A stretch of 64,000 nucleotides of DNA from contig CAWBZV010000002.1 in NCBI GenBank assembly GCA_963793305.1, forward strand, positions 320,001 through 384,000, in the 5' to 3' direction. Made by a program: the position numbers and the translations under genes. The stretch comes from an uncultured Gemmatimonadales bacterium (GTDB lineage Bacteria; Gemmatimonadota; Gemmatimonadetes; Gemmatimonadales; Gemmatimonadaceae). Under the pieces are notes generated by a model. It was given only the letters and a program-made list of their open reading frames with translations, was not told where the DNA came from and searched no databases. Below, piece by piece: positions 39,636 through 48,212 of this stretch (position 1 is the first letter of the stretch; every line of letters begins with the position of its first letter).

Positions 39636-40783
39636 TATTGACTCTGGGCAAACTGGATGAACAACCCGCCTTCCGTCACGACCTGATCGTTCGGCGCGAG
39701 CCCGCTCAGGATCTCATACTGATCGCCCACCCTGGCACCCAGCGTAATCGAGCGTCGATTGAAGCCACCGTCAGGCTCGGCGACAAAGACGAAGGGGAGG
39801 TTCTCTTCGTCGCGCAGCACGGCCGATACCGGAACCAGCACGCCCGCCCTCGGTCGGTCGGCATGGATCGCGACGCGCACATAGAGATCGCGCTTGAGCA
39901 TCTGCCGATGATTCTCGACGAGGATGCGAACCGCCGTCGCGCGGGTCGACGTATCGACGATCGCGGCGACGTAGTCCACGCGTCCTGGGAACGAGTCCGT
40001 TGACGCGTCGGTCGTGATCACCGCGGACTCGCCGCGATCGACGGAGCTCAGCTGCGATTCGAATACGTTCGCCATCACCCAGACCGTCGAGAGATCGGCG
40101 ATCGTGAAGCACTGCGTCTGGCCGGCCTGAATCACCTGCCCGGGATTGATGAGCTTCTCGACGACGACGCCCTCGATGGGCGCGCGAATGATGCCGCCGA
40201 CGACCGCGGTCGGCTTCCCCTCCTGGATGTCGCGGATCGTCGTGCTGTCGACACCGAACGCGCGCATCTGCTCGATCGCCGCGTCCCGATCGGCCGCGGC
40301 CGACGCCGAGTCGGCGATGGATTGATCGAGGTCGCTCTTCGCGATCGCGCCCGCATCAAACAACTTGCGGTTGAGGGTCGCGATACGGGCCGTGTTCCGC
40401 AGCGCCGTCTGGGCCTTCTGGTACGTGGCGAACCCCTCGGCGAAATCAGGCGAGGTCACACTGGCCAACGGCGTCCCGACGTGCACGTACGTCCCGGTGT
40501 TGACCAGGATACGCGTCACCGGCCCCGAGATCTGCGACAGCACCGGCGTCGACCGGTCACCATTGAAGGCGACGGTTCCGGTCGTGATCACGGTGGGCCG
40601 GAACGTCGTTGGCGCGACCGGTAGTGTGTGAATACGCGCCTTTTGGTCCTCGGTCAGCATGAACGCCGAGGAGGGTTTCTTGGGCGTCGTTGTCGCGGCG
40701 TCCGCCGGCGGCGATCCTTTGCACGCCGTCACGGCCAGGACGGCGAGCAGCGCGAGATGTCTCGCGAGATGTCTATTGTCCAT
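39635..40783 (-). CDS. czcB: RND efflux periplasmic adaptor (CzcB/CusB-like) lipoprotein
   Basis: Lipobox VTAC, 'IRAPIEG.V', 'IADLSTVWV.A.V.E', 'VP.SAV', 'V.EGG'. Confidence 0.88.
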   Translation of the reverse strand: MDNRHLARHLALLAVLAVTACKGSPPADAATTTPKKPSSAFMLTEDQKARIHTLPVAPTTFRPTVITTGTVAFNGDRSTPVLSQISGPVTRILVNTGTYVHVGTPLASVTSPDFAEGFATYQKAQTALRNTARIATLNRKLFDAGAIAKSDLDQSIADSASAAADRDAAIEQMRAFGVDSTTIRDIQEGKPTAVVGGIIRAPIEGVVVEKLINPGQVIQAGQTQCFTIADLSTVWVMANVFESQLSSVDRGESAVITTDASTDSFPGRVDYVAAIVDTSTRATAVRILVENHRQMLKRDLYVRVAIHADRPRAGVLVPVSAVLRDEENLPFVFVAEPDGGFNRRSITLGARVGDQYEILSGLAPNDQVVTEGGLFIQFAQSQ

Positions 40784-42050
40784 GGAATTGAGAGAGAGGG
40801 GCGGCCGCCGCGCGTTCCAGGTTCGCTTCTGCTTGGTTCGCCGCGGCTAACGCGTCAGTGTATTGGCTCTCGGCGGACACGAGATCGCGCCGCGCATCGA
40901 GGACGTTGAGTGCGGATGACCCGCCGAGCCCGTAGCTCGTGGACGCCACCTGGTAGGCGGCGCGCGCCGACGGAAGCAGTTGATCCCGGATATAGATGGC
41001 TTGCTCGAGGGCCGTCGCGGCCGTCGCGTACGACAACCGGACGTCCTGGTCGATCGAGGCGATGAGATCTTTGTACGACGCTTCGAGCTCGCGCTCGTGG
41101 TGGCGCGAATTGCGAATGTCACCGCCCGTGTGCTGCCAGAAGAAGATCGGGACGGGAAACGAGAGCCCGTAGGTCCAAATCGGGAATCGGCTCGGAAACG
41201 CCGCGTCCGGGGCGCCTTGGTCCCACTCGATGCCGCCGACAATGTCCGGCAGCCAAAACTCCTCGGCGAGCGTGGTGGTGGCCTTCGCGCCGGAGATCTG
41301 CGCGCGGAGGCCGGCCAACTCCGGCCGCGCGTCGAGCGCGCTGGCTTCGACCGGCGCGAGCGGCGGCAGCGGCGCGGGCACCGCGAGCGAGTCCGCCGGC
41401 GCAACCCCCAGACCGAGTGGCCGGCCCAGCAATCGGTTGAGCGATGCGCGGGCCGTGAGAATATCGCGGTCGTTGGCGATGAGGGCGTTCTGCGTGCCGG
41501 CCAGGTCGACCTGGGCCCGAATCACGTCGAGCTTCGGAGCCGTGCCCGCGTCGAATCGGGCTTGGGTCTTCTTCAGGAAATCGGCCGACAGATCGCGCGA
41601 TTCCGTGAGGTCCGTATGATGGCGGAGCGCGACGCGCAGCGAGTCGTACGTCTGCGCGGTCTGGGACGCAATCTGCTGCTTGAGCGCCGTGTAGTTCGCC
41701 TGCGCGGTCCCCACGAGCGAGCTGCCGATCGCGTAGTTCAGGCGGAACTTGTCCGGAAACGGAATGCCGATGCTCGCGATGAGTGGCCGCTGCGTGGGCT
41801 GACCGCCCTGCACGATCCAGCTGGCCGAGCCCGTCGGGTCCGGAATCGCCCACTGCGAGACTTTCTGCGCGCGCGCTTCGTCGACTTGCTCGCGTGCGAC
41901 GACGATCTGCGGATTCCGCTTGAGCGCCGTGTCGACCGCTTGGGCGCGCGTCAGCCGCAGTGTGTCTGTCTTACTCGTGTCCGTGAATTGCGCCGATGCG
42001 GTCCGCGCGATGAGCGCAAGGCCGCACCACAACCAAAGTGTCCGTGCCAA
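40773..42050 (-). CDS. czcC: TolC family outer-membrane efflux protein (CzcC-like)
   Basis: 'L...QAV..AL..NP', 'RF.AG.....DV', 'Y..G....L.VLDA'. Probable TTG start at 42050 after SD GGGGGA, giving a normal signal peptide. Confidence 0.88.
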   Translation of the reverse strand: MARTLWLWCGLALIARTASAQFTDTSKTDTLRLTRAQAVDTALKRNPQIVVAREQVDEARAQKVSQWAIPDPTGSASWIVQGGQPTQRPLIASIGIPFPDKFRLNYAIGSSLVGTAQANYTALKQQIASQTAQTYDSLRVALRHHTDLTESRDLSADFLKKTQARFDAGTAPKLDVIRAQVDLAGTQNALIANDRDILTARASLNRLLGRPLGLGVAPADSLAVPAPLPPLAPVEASALDARPELAGLRAQISGAKATTTLAEEFWLPDIVGGIEWDQGAPDAAFPSRFPIWTYGLSFPVPIFFWQHTGGDIRNSRHHERELEASYKDLIASIDQDVRLSYATAATALEQAIYIRDQLLPSARAAYQVASTSYGLGGSSALNVLDARRDLVSAESQYTDALAAANQAEANLERAAAAPLSQFHGQ

Positions 42051-42056
42051 TGGTCC

Positions 42057-42173
42057 CCCGAATGACGGTTTGCGGAGCTCGGCGCAGCCGAGATCATTCC
42101 AACCGACCCGTCGAGCGGCGTAGTGTGCCGCATCGACGAGCGGCGGAGCCGCGTTCAAATCCTGTCAGACGGG
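42057..42173 (-). promoter_or_regulatory. Putative SD-sequestering attenuator stem between the RAPP leader ORF and czcC
   Basis: mRNA 5' arm CCCG-uc-UGAC-a-GG-a-UUUG (42173-42156) is complementary to the 3' arm CAAA-CC-GUCA-uu-CGGG (42072-42057), which includes part of the SD. Confidence 0.5.
42074..42156 (+). repeat. Structured ~83-bp dispersed element, copy 2 (intergenic)
   Basis: Block-wise match to 15920-16004, with three hairpins and compensatory changes. Confidence 0.85.
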
Positions 42174-42476
42174 CGGGGCGCGTGAGGTGTAGGTGGGAGC
42201 CGCGACGGTCGGAACCGACCACATCGCGGTGGCGCTGGGAAGAACGATCAGCCGCCGACTGGGCGGCAGCACGGAGGCGCGTTCCGGACGCGCGTGCAGC
42301 GACTGCACGATGCACGCGGGACACGTCGCTTCGTCGTGCGCGTGATGCAACTGCGTGCCGCGCGTCTCGACGTGCGCCGACGCGTCGGGCCCCCGCCACG
42401 ATTCGATCGTGCCGGCGAGTACCATCACCAGTTGGCCGAGCCCGGCCAAAAGAGCGAGGAGTCTCACGCGTCTCAT
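42165..42476 (-). CDS. DUF2946/CzcI-like leader protein with His-rich CxxC and C-terminal RAPP motif
   Basis: N-terminal hydrophobic segment, 'HHAHDEATCPAC', C-terminal 'SRAPPV*', directly upstream of czcCBA. Confidence 0.78.
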   Translation of the reverse strand: MRRVRLLALLAGLGQLVMVLAGTIESWRGPDASAHVETRGTQLHHAHDEATCPACIVQSLHARPERASVLPPSRRLIVLPSATAMWSVPTVAAPTYTSRAPPV

Positions 42477-42515
42477 ACCCACCTTACGCTATTGATGACG
42501 ACACGTTGGCGCCAG

Positions 42516-42734
42516 TTACGCCTCGAAATCGCCCGGTCGTCCTCGAACAACCTGACCGCATCTGGGGCAAAAGAGATCGCCGTCGTCCGCCATAGCATAG
42601 TCGAACGGCCGCCCACAGGCGCAGCGATCGCGTAACCCGTCATTGCCGCACAGGAGGCAAAATCGGTCGTCGGACTCGTAGACGCGGAACCGGCCGCAGG
42701 CCTCGCACCGCTTCGTCACCCGCGGCGCAGTCAT
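42516..42734 (-). CDS. Small double zinc-ribbon protein
   Basis: CEAC, CLLC, CAC and CPRC in 72 aa. ATGA overlap with envC. Confidence 0.75.
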   Translation of the reverse strand: MTAPRVTKRCEACGRFRVYESDDRFCLLCGNDGLRDRCACGRPFDYAMADDGDLFCPRCGQVVRGRPGDFEA

Positions 42735-43930
42735 TTGGATTTTCCGCCCCGAAGCCAGTCGAGCGGGTCGACGGCGGCACCCTGGCCGCGCCGGATCTCG
42801 AAATGCAGATGCGAGGGGAGATCCGGGTCCGAACGGCCCACCGCTCCGATCTGGTCGCCCTTCTCGACCCGCTGGCCCTTCTTGACATCGGCACGGCTCA
42901 ACGAGCCATACACGGAGTAGTCGCCGCCGCCGTGCTGCACGATCACCGTCAAGCCGTACGTGCCGATCACCTGGGCGACGACCACTTTCCCCCCGGCTAC
43001 CGCCCGCACCGTCGCTCCGGCGTTGGCGCCGATCCCTATCCCGTTCCAGCGCGTCGTGGTGTTATTGGGATTCACGACGCGGCCGAATCGGTATAAAATG
43101 CGACCCTCCACGGGCCAATCGAGCCTCCCCAAATCCCGTGTCGAGATCGTGCTCGCGGAGGCCGCGGCCTTGGATGAGGCACTCGACCCACGACTCGCCT
43201 CGGCTTTTCGGAGCGCTTCAATCGAAGAGATCACCGAGCCCAGTCGGGCCTCAGACTTCGCGATCTCGGCCAGTCGGGCCTCGGTCTCGGACGCCGCCCG
43301 CTTTGTCGCGGCGAGACGGCTCGCGCGCTCGGACTCGAGATCGCGCAGTCTTGCTTCTTCGTTGGCCTTCTCGCCGCGGGTCTCCTCGACCGTCTTCTGG
43401 AGCGAGACCAGTGAGAGACGCTGCGTCCCGATGCGACCCCTGAGCGTCTCGACCCGCGCGACGAGCGCCCGGTCGCGCAGCGCCAGCAGGTGCAAATATT
43501 TGTACCGCGCGATGAGCTGCGCGAACGATTCGGCCTGAAAGAGCACTTGGGTCGTATACTGCGGACCCTGCTTGTAGATCTCGACCAGCCGATGCCGGAG
43601 CATGGCGCGCTTGATCGCCAGCTCATCCTCAGCCCGTACGAGATTGCCCGTGACCTCCTCGACATCCGCCTGGATGCCGGCGAGCTGTTTGTCGAGCGCC
43701 CGCACCGCGCGCGCGGTCACGGACGCCTGCCGGTCCAGGTTCTCGACCTCGTCCGCCAGGTCGTGCACGGTGCTTTTGAGCTCGTTCATGCGCCGCTCGA
43801 GATCGGCGCGCTCCTCGTGGAGCGAGTCGAGCACGGCGCGGTCCGCGCGAAGTCGTTGTTCCGGTGTCGGCTGCTGAGCCGCCGCCACGCTCGATACGAG
43901 CATCAGCGCTCCGGCGGCCAGGCGACGCAT
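42731..43930 (-). CDS. envC: Murein hydrolase activator EnvC (coiled coil + degenerate M23 domain)
   Basis: Signal peptide from ATG 43930, long coiled coil, 'LDWPVEG', 'WNGIGI', 'LHFEIR', downstream of ftsEX. Confidence 0.88.
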   Translation of the reverse strand: MRRLAAGALMLVSSVAAAQQPTPEQRLRADRAVLDSLHEERADLERRMNELKSTVHDLADEVENLDRQASVTARAVRALDKQLAGIQADVEEVTGNLVRAEDELAIKRAMLRHRLVEIYKQGPQYTTQVLFQAESFAQLIARYKYLHLLALRDRALVARVETLRGRIGTQRLSLVSLQKTVEETRGEKANEEARLRDLESERASRLAATKRAASETEARLAEIAKSEARLGSVISSIEALRKAEASRGSSASSKAAASASTISTRDLGRLDWPVEGRILYRFGRVVNPNNTTTRWNGIGIGANAGATVRAVAGGKVVVAQVIGTYGLTVIVQHGGGDYSVYGSLSRADVKKGQRVEKGDQIGAVGRSDPDLPSHLHFEIRRGQGAAVDPLDWLRGGKSK

Positions 43931-44778
43931 CAGATCCGTCGGAGGTGTCGACCGACCGACAAGGCGGATCCCACGAGCCCCAACAACGCGCCGGACAACA
44001 CGCCGAGGGTCGCGAGCCCCGGACCAAAAAACGAGGCCTGCACGAAGTACCGGCTGATCAGCGCCGCGGCGAGCCACGTGAGCAAGAGGGCCAGGGCGCC
44101 GCCGAAGATGCCCTTCACAAACCCCTCGATCAGGAAGGGCGCCCGCACGAAGGCGTCGGTCGCGCCGACGAGCCGCATGATGGCGATTTCGCGTCCGCGC
44201 GCGAGGACCGCCATGCGAATCGTCGCGCCGATGATGATCACCGCGACGGCGGCGAATGCCAATCCCAGCACCAGTCCCACCACGGTGGCCACCGTTCTGA
44301 TCTGATACAGCTTGACCACCCAATCCTCAGCGTATCGTACGTCATCGATGAACGTGTAGGTGCCGATGCGATCCGCCACGCGCTTGACCGACTGCGGGTC
44401 ACGCGCGTTCGGTTTGAGGCGCACCTCGACCGACGCCGGCAGCACGCCGCTCTCGAACACGTCGCCGAACTCGCCGAGCTCACTCTTGGCCCGCGCCAGC
44501 GCCGAGTCCTGGGAGATGAAATCGACGTGCGCGACCTCCGGGAATGCCGCGATATCGCCCATGGCCGCGGCGACCGCTTCCGGGGCCGTCCCATCGGCAA
44601 TGTACCCCGCGATCTCGACGCGCTCCTCGGTCCGTCTCAGCGCATCGCGCAAGTTGAGCGCGACGAGGCCGAACAGGCCGAACGCAAACAACGAAAACGC
44701 GATCGTCACGATGCCGAGGACGCTCAACAGGGGCGCCCGTCGGAATGCAATCAGCGACTCGCGGATCGCCAGTCTCAC
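43930..44778 (-). CDS. ftsX: Cell division permease FtsX
   Basis: GTG 44778 '[16 protein letters not shown]', 'LPASVEV', 'TIRMAV.AR..EI.IMRLVGATD.FVRAPFLIEG'. Confidence 0.92.
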   Translation of the reverse strand: MRLAIRESLIAFRRAPLLSVLGIVTIAFSLFAFGLFGLVALNLRDALRRTEERVEIAGYIADGTAPEAVAAAMGDIAAFPEVAHVDFISQDSALARAKSELGEFGDVFESGVLPASVEVRLKPNARDPQSVKRVADRIGTYTFIDDVRYAEDWVVKLYQIRTVATVVGLVLGLAFAAVAVIIIGATIRMAVLARGREIAIMRLVGATDAFVRAPFLIEGFVKGIFGGALALLLTWLAAALISRYFVQASFFGPGLATLGVLSGALLGLVGSALSVGRHLRRI

Positions 44779-45459
44779 GAGGCCGCGACCTCGGGATGCG
44801 CCGAGTCGGCCACGACACGTCCTTGCAGCATTCTCAACACTTCTGTAATCGGATCGCCGCATCAGTTCGAGATCGTGGGTCGCCATGACCACCGCCGTTC
44901 CAGCCGCATTGATCTCGCGCAGCAACTGAAACACGCCGCGCGTGGCGCGATCATCCAAATTTCCCGTGGGTTCGTCCGCGATCAATACAAATGGGTCGTT
45001 GACCAATGCCCGCGCGATGGCGACACGCTGTTGCTCGCCACCGGATAGCTCTTTTGGATACGCGTTGCCTTTCGACGCCAACCCAACTTGGGTCAACAAT
45101 CGATTGACCTTGGCTGGGATGCCTTCGCGTGGAGCTCCGGTCACTTCGAGTGCAAAGGCGACGTTGGCGTGTGCGGTCCGGTCGTCGAGCAAGCGAAAAT
45201 CCTGAAAGACCACGCCGAGATGACGGCGAAGGCGAGCGATGTCCGCGCGCTTGGCCTCACTGGAGTTCGTCCCGCTCACGCGGACCTCGCCACTGGTCGG
45301 CCGCTCCTCCATATAGATCAGGCGCAGCATCGTGCTTTTTCCGGACCCGCTGGGACCGGTGAGAAACGCGAACTCGCCTTTCGCGATGTGCAGCGTCACG
45401 TCGTTCAGCGCGAGCCCGGTGCGCGGATACTCCTTGGAGACCTTCACCAGGCGAATCAT
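44775..45459 (-). CDS. ftsE: Cell division ATP-binding protein FtsE (frameshift at about 44840)
   Basis: GPSGSGKS, '[10 protein letters not shown]', LSGGEQQR, 'ADEPTGNLD', 'MATHD'. A one-base correction gives '..MLQGRVVAD..*' ending in a GTGA overlap with ftsX. Confidence 0.92.
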
Positions 45460-46523
45460 TTCAGCGCCTGCTCCAAATCGGCGATGAGATCGTCGGCTTC
45501 TTCGAGCCCGGTCGAGAGTCGGACGAGCCCGTCGGGACTGCCGTGCTTCGTCACCACAGAATCGACGCCGCCGACGTTCGCCGCGTACGTCCAGAGCGAC
45601 AATCGTCGGACGAACCGGTCGGCCGCCCGCGCGCCGCCCGCGAGCTCGATCCCCAGCACGGCGCCATAGCCGTCCAGATGATGCGTCGCCGTCGCATGAT
45701 CCTCATGCGACGCGAGCCCGGGGTAGTGCACGCGCTTGATCTCCTTTCGCTCCGCGGCCCACTGGGCGATCCGCATGGCGCTCTCGTTCTGACGCGAGAC
45801 GCGTACCGCCAATGTCTTGAGCCCCCGCTCCAGCAACCAGCACGCGAACGGATCGGGAGTCTGTCCCCATAACGCCATCTTGTCGCGCGCCTCGTCAATG
45901 ACCGGCGCCGAGCCGAGGATGACGCCACCCGCCGCGTCGTGATGGCCGTTCAGCAGCTCGGTCGTCGACTGGATCACGACATCCGCCCCGTGCTCGATCG
46001 GCCGGAAGTTGATCGGGCCGGCGAACGTCGAGTCGACGACGAGCGCGAGCCCCAATTCCTTCGTGAGCAAGCTCACCGGTCGGAGGTCGAGGACCCGGCA
46101 CGTCGGATTCACGGGCGACTCGAGGAAGATCGCGCGCGTCTCCTTGCGCAAGCGCTTCCGCCACCCGCGGCTCTCCAACGGGTCGACCAACGTGACCGCG
46201 ATCCCGACCCGGTCGAATTCCTGCGTCAGCAGCTTGTGGACACCGCCAGAGATCCACGCGCTCGCCAGCAGGTGATCTCCAGGGCGCAACAAGGCCAGGA
46301 GGGCAAGCGCGGTCGCCCCCGTGCCGCTCGCTGTCAGGACCGCGGCCTCGGCACCTTCCATAGCCGCTAGCCGACGCTCGACGAGCGTGGCGTTCTGCGC
46401 GACGCCGACCGCTTGGTAGATCGGCGTGGCGACCGGCGGCGCGTCGTCGCCGCCTTCCACTCCGCCATGGATGGCGAGCGTGGAGAGCCCTAGCGCACGT
46501 CGAGATTTCGAAGAAGGTGTCAT
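45456..46523 (-). CDS. Cys/Met metabolism PLP-dependent enzyme homolog (cystathionine gamma-synthase family), degenerate active site
   Basis: 'TLAIHGG', 'PIYQ', 'ESPVNPT', 'VVDSTFA', 'RGLKTL..R', 'V.YPGL..H', 'LVRLS.GLE..DDLIADL.QAL'. The PLP-Lys motif reads STTELLNGH. Confidence 0.85.
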   Translation of the reverse strand: MTPSSKSRRALGLSTLAIHGGVEGGDDAPPVATPIYQAVGVAQNATLVERRLAAMEGAEAAVLTASGTGATALALLALLRPGDHLLASAWISGGVHKLLTQEFDRVGIAVTLVDPLESRGWRKRLRKETRAIFLESPVNPTCRVLDLRPVSLLTKELGLALVVDSTFAGPINFRPIEHGADVVIQSTTELLNGHHDAAGGVILGSAPVIDEARDKMALWGQTPDPFACWLLERGLKTLAVRVSRQNESAMRIAQWAAERKEIKRVHYPGLASHEDHATATHHLDGYGAVLGIELAGGARAADRFVRRLSLWTYAANVGGVDSVVTKHGSPDGLVRLSTGLEEADDLIADLEQALK

Positions 46524-46793
46524 TCAGTCGACTTTCATGAGACTAATAATTTCGGACGGCGCTGCGCCGAGGACGTCCTGGAGAACCGCCATGCCGCGCT
46601 CCAGACTGTCGTCGACGCGAACGGTCGCGATCTCCTTGCGCCGTGGGCCGATCACCCAGGCGAGCCCTCCATCTTTGACTTGCCGGAGCCGCGCTTCGTT
46701 GCTATTCAGCCGGACTTCGGGACCGCGGTGGGGGTCACCACGCTTCGTGGCGATGAGCTCGACGACCTGGAGTGGCGGGTTGTACTCGGCCAC
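46524..46793 (-). CDS. Small protein, molybdopterin-dinucleotide-binding/double-psi barrel-like
   Basis: 'V.LN..EA..R.VKDG..AWV.GPR....A.V.VDD.L.RG' pattern, operonic position. Confidence 0.6.
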   Translation of the reverse strand: MAEYNPPLQVVELIATKRGDPHRGPEVRLNSNEARLRQVKDGGLAWVIGPRRKEIATVRVDDSLERGMAVLQDVLGAAPSEIISLMKVD

Positions 46794-46797
46794 GATC

Positions 46798-47325
46798 TTA
46801 CGGAAACCGCAAATAGTGCGGTCCGGCGCGCATCACGACCCGCCGACTGGCCAGCGTCTCCAGGAGCCCCCCAGCATACGCCGGCTCCAGCGCCAACTCG
46901 CCGGCCACCGTGTGGGCATCCGCCCGTCCCAGTTTGCCGATCGCCTCCCACGCCAGTCTCTCCTCCCGAGCCAGCGGGCCCAGGAGACACCGCGCTCCGT
47001 CGGCCGTCTCGACGACGAGCGCCAATTCGTACCGTGATAAGGCCGTCTCGATCGCGTCGACGTGCGCCTCGTGCAGGCCACGACAGATAAAAAACCCATT
47101 CGTCGCCCTGAGCAGGAGCTTCGCGACGACTTCATCGGCGCACGAATAATCGAGGAGTCCCACGTGCGTGAAATCAATCATGGTGAGCGCCACGCCCGAG
47201 CGCTCGGACACTAGCAGCTCGATCTCGGTCCGCACCGCAACACCCGTCGGCCGTGTGACGAGGTTCGAGTACAACTCGCACACCGACCGCCGAAGGACAG
47301 AGCTCAGATCAATGGTCTGGATCAT
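46798..47325 (-). CDS. STAS-like (DUF4325-like) + C-terminal winged-helix protein
   Basis: ATG 47325 overlaps the upstream stop. 'TRPTG.AVR', 'IDF.HVG.LDYSCADEVV.KL', C-terminal HTH-like 'A..VA..L.L....A..LLE.L..RR'. Confidence 0.65.
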   Translation of the reverse strand: MIQTIDLSSVLRRSVCELYSNLVTRPTGVAVRTEIELLVSERSGVALTMIDFTHVGLLDYSCADEVVAKLLLRATNGFFICRGLHEAHVDAIETALSRYELALVVETADGARCLLGPLAREERLAWEAIGKLGRADAHTVAGELALEPAYAGGLLETLASRRVVMRAGPHYLRFP

Positions 47326-48212
47326 TGAGCGATCCGCTCGGGGATGGTGATAAGAACCTGAGCGCCAGGAAAATACGGCAGTCCCAGGCACAGGGGGGTG
47401 TCCTCGTCCCACGACGGCACGATGGCGATCCGGGCGGTCCCGCTCCGAATGGACAGCTTGCCGGACCATTTGCCGAGAAAGTTGCGGGCGCCGGCCAATC
47501 CTTGCCCGCGCCCGCGGTCCCGAAAGCGGCTCACGCCCTGAATGACGGCCTCCTCGAGCGCCATCCCATCATCCCAACGGTCGCCGGGAGCAAGAGCCTG
47601 GCGGCCAGGCAGGCTCTCGAGCGATCGCCGGAATCCGAGACCGCCGTCCGACACGGCGATCTGCACGACTCGACGACCGAGCCGCTTTTTCCATTGATAC
47701 GTCTGGACCGCGACCCAGCCACTGGTCCCCGCGTGTTCGACGACGTTCTGGCAGACCTCGGAGAGCGTCACGACAAACCGCATCGTCGCGGAACTATCGA
47801 TGTTCAGCTCCGCCAGAATCTTTTGAGCCCGCTCCTTGATGCGCTCGACGACGTCGTGCACGTCACCGCTCTTCGAGACTTCGGTGATTTCCAGCAGCAC
47901 GTTCGACTCGCCACCCGGCCGCAGCTTGGGAAACGCCCCGCGGATGTCATACAGCGACTCCGCGTGGGAGAAGAAGCCGGTGCGAGCCCAGTATGACAGG
48001 GTATCGTCGGCCTCTGGTGGTACGAACGCGGGCGTTGTGGTCCGGGTTTGGGCCACCGTCAGCAGCGCCGTGAGCCCAAAGGGGGTCGCCCAGCGCGTAT
48101 GGCGGGCGTCGAGGAGAACCTTGTCGTCGGGCGCAATCTGGGAAAGCGCCTGAAATACTTGCTCGAAAGACGCGTCGTCGAGGGAGAGCGGCAACGAAAT
48201 GATCTGCGTCAC
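47322..48212 (-). CDS. HATPase_c (anti-sigma/kinase-like) ATP-binding protein with N-terminal STAS-like domain
   Basis: N box 'SEVCQNVVEHA', G1 'VSDGGLG', G2 'GRGQGL', 'IRSG', 'FPGAQV'. Confidence 0.8.
   Translation of the reverse strand: MTQIISLPLSLDDASFEQVFQALSQIAPDDKVLLDARHTRWATPFGLTALLTVAQTRTTTPAFVPPEADDTLSYWARTGFFSHAESLYDIRGAFPKLRPGGESNVLLEITEVSKSGDVHDVVERIKERAQKILAELNIDSSATMRFVVTLSEVCQNVVEHAGTSGWVAVQTYQWKKRLGRRVVQIAVSDGGLGFRRSLESLPGRQALAPGDRWDDGMALEEAVIQGVSRFRDRGRGQGLAGARNFLGKWSGKLSIRSGTARIAIVPSWDEDTPLCLGLPYFPGAQVLITIPERIAQ

Noticed and set aside
42051..42158. 36-aa N-terminal extension of TolC in the ORF track
   Set aside because: It is the antisense reading of repeat copy 2. TTG 42050 has an SD and gives a normal signal peptide.
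43930..45459. Apparent FtsE-FtsX fusion protein (509-aa ORF)
   Set aside because: Removing one base near 44840 restores a normal FtsE C-terminus (MLQGRVVAD..) ending in a GTGA overlap with the ftsX start. Most likely an indel artefact.
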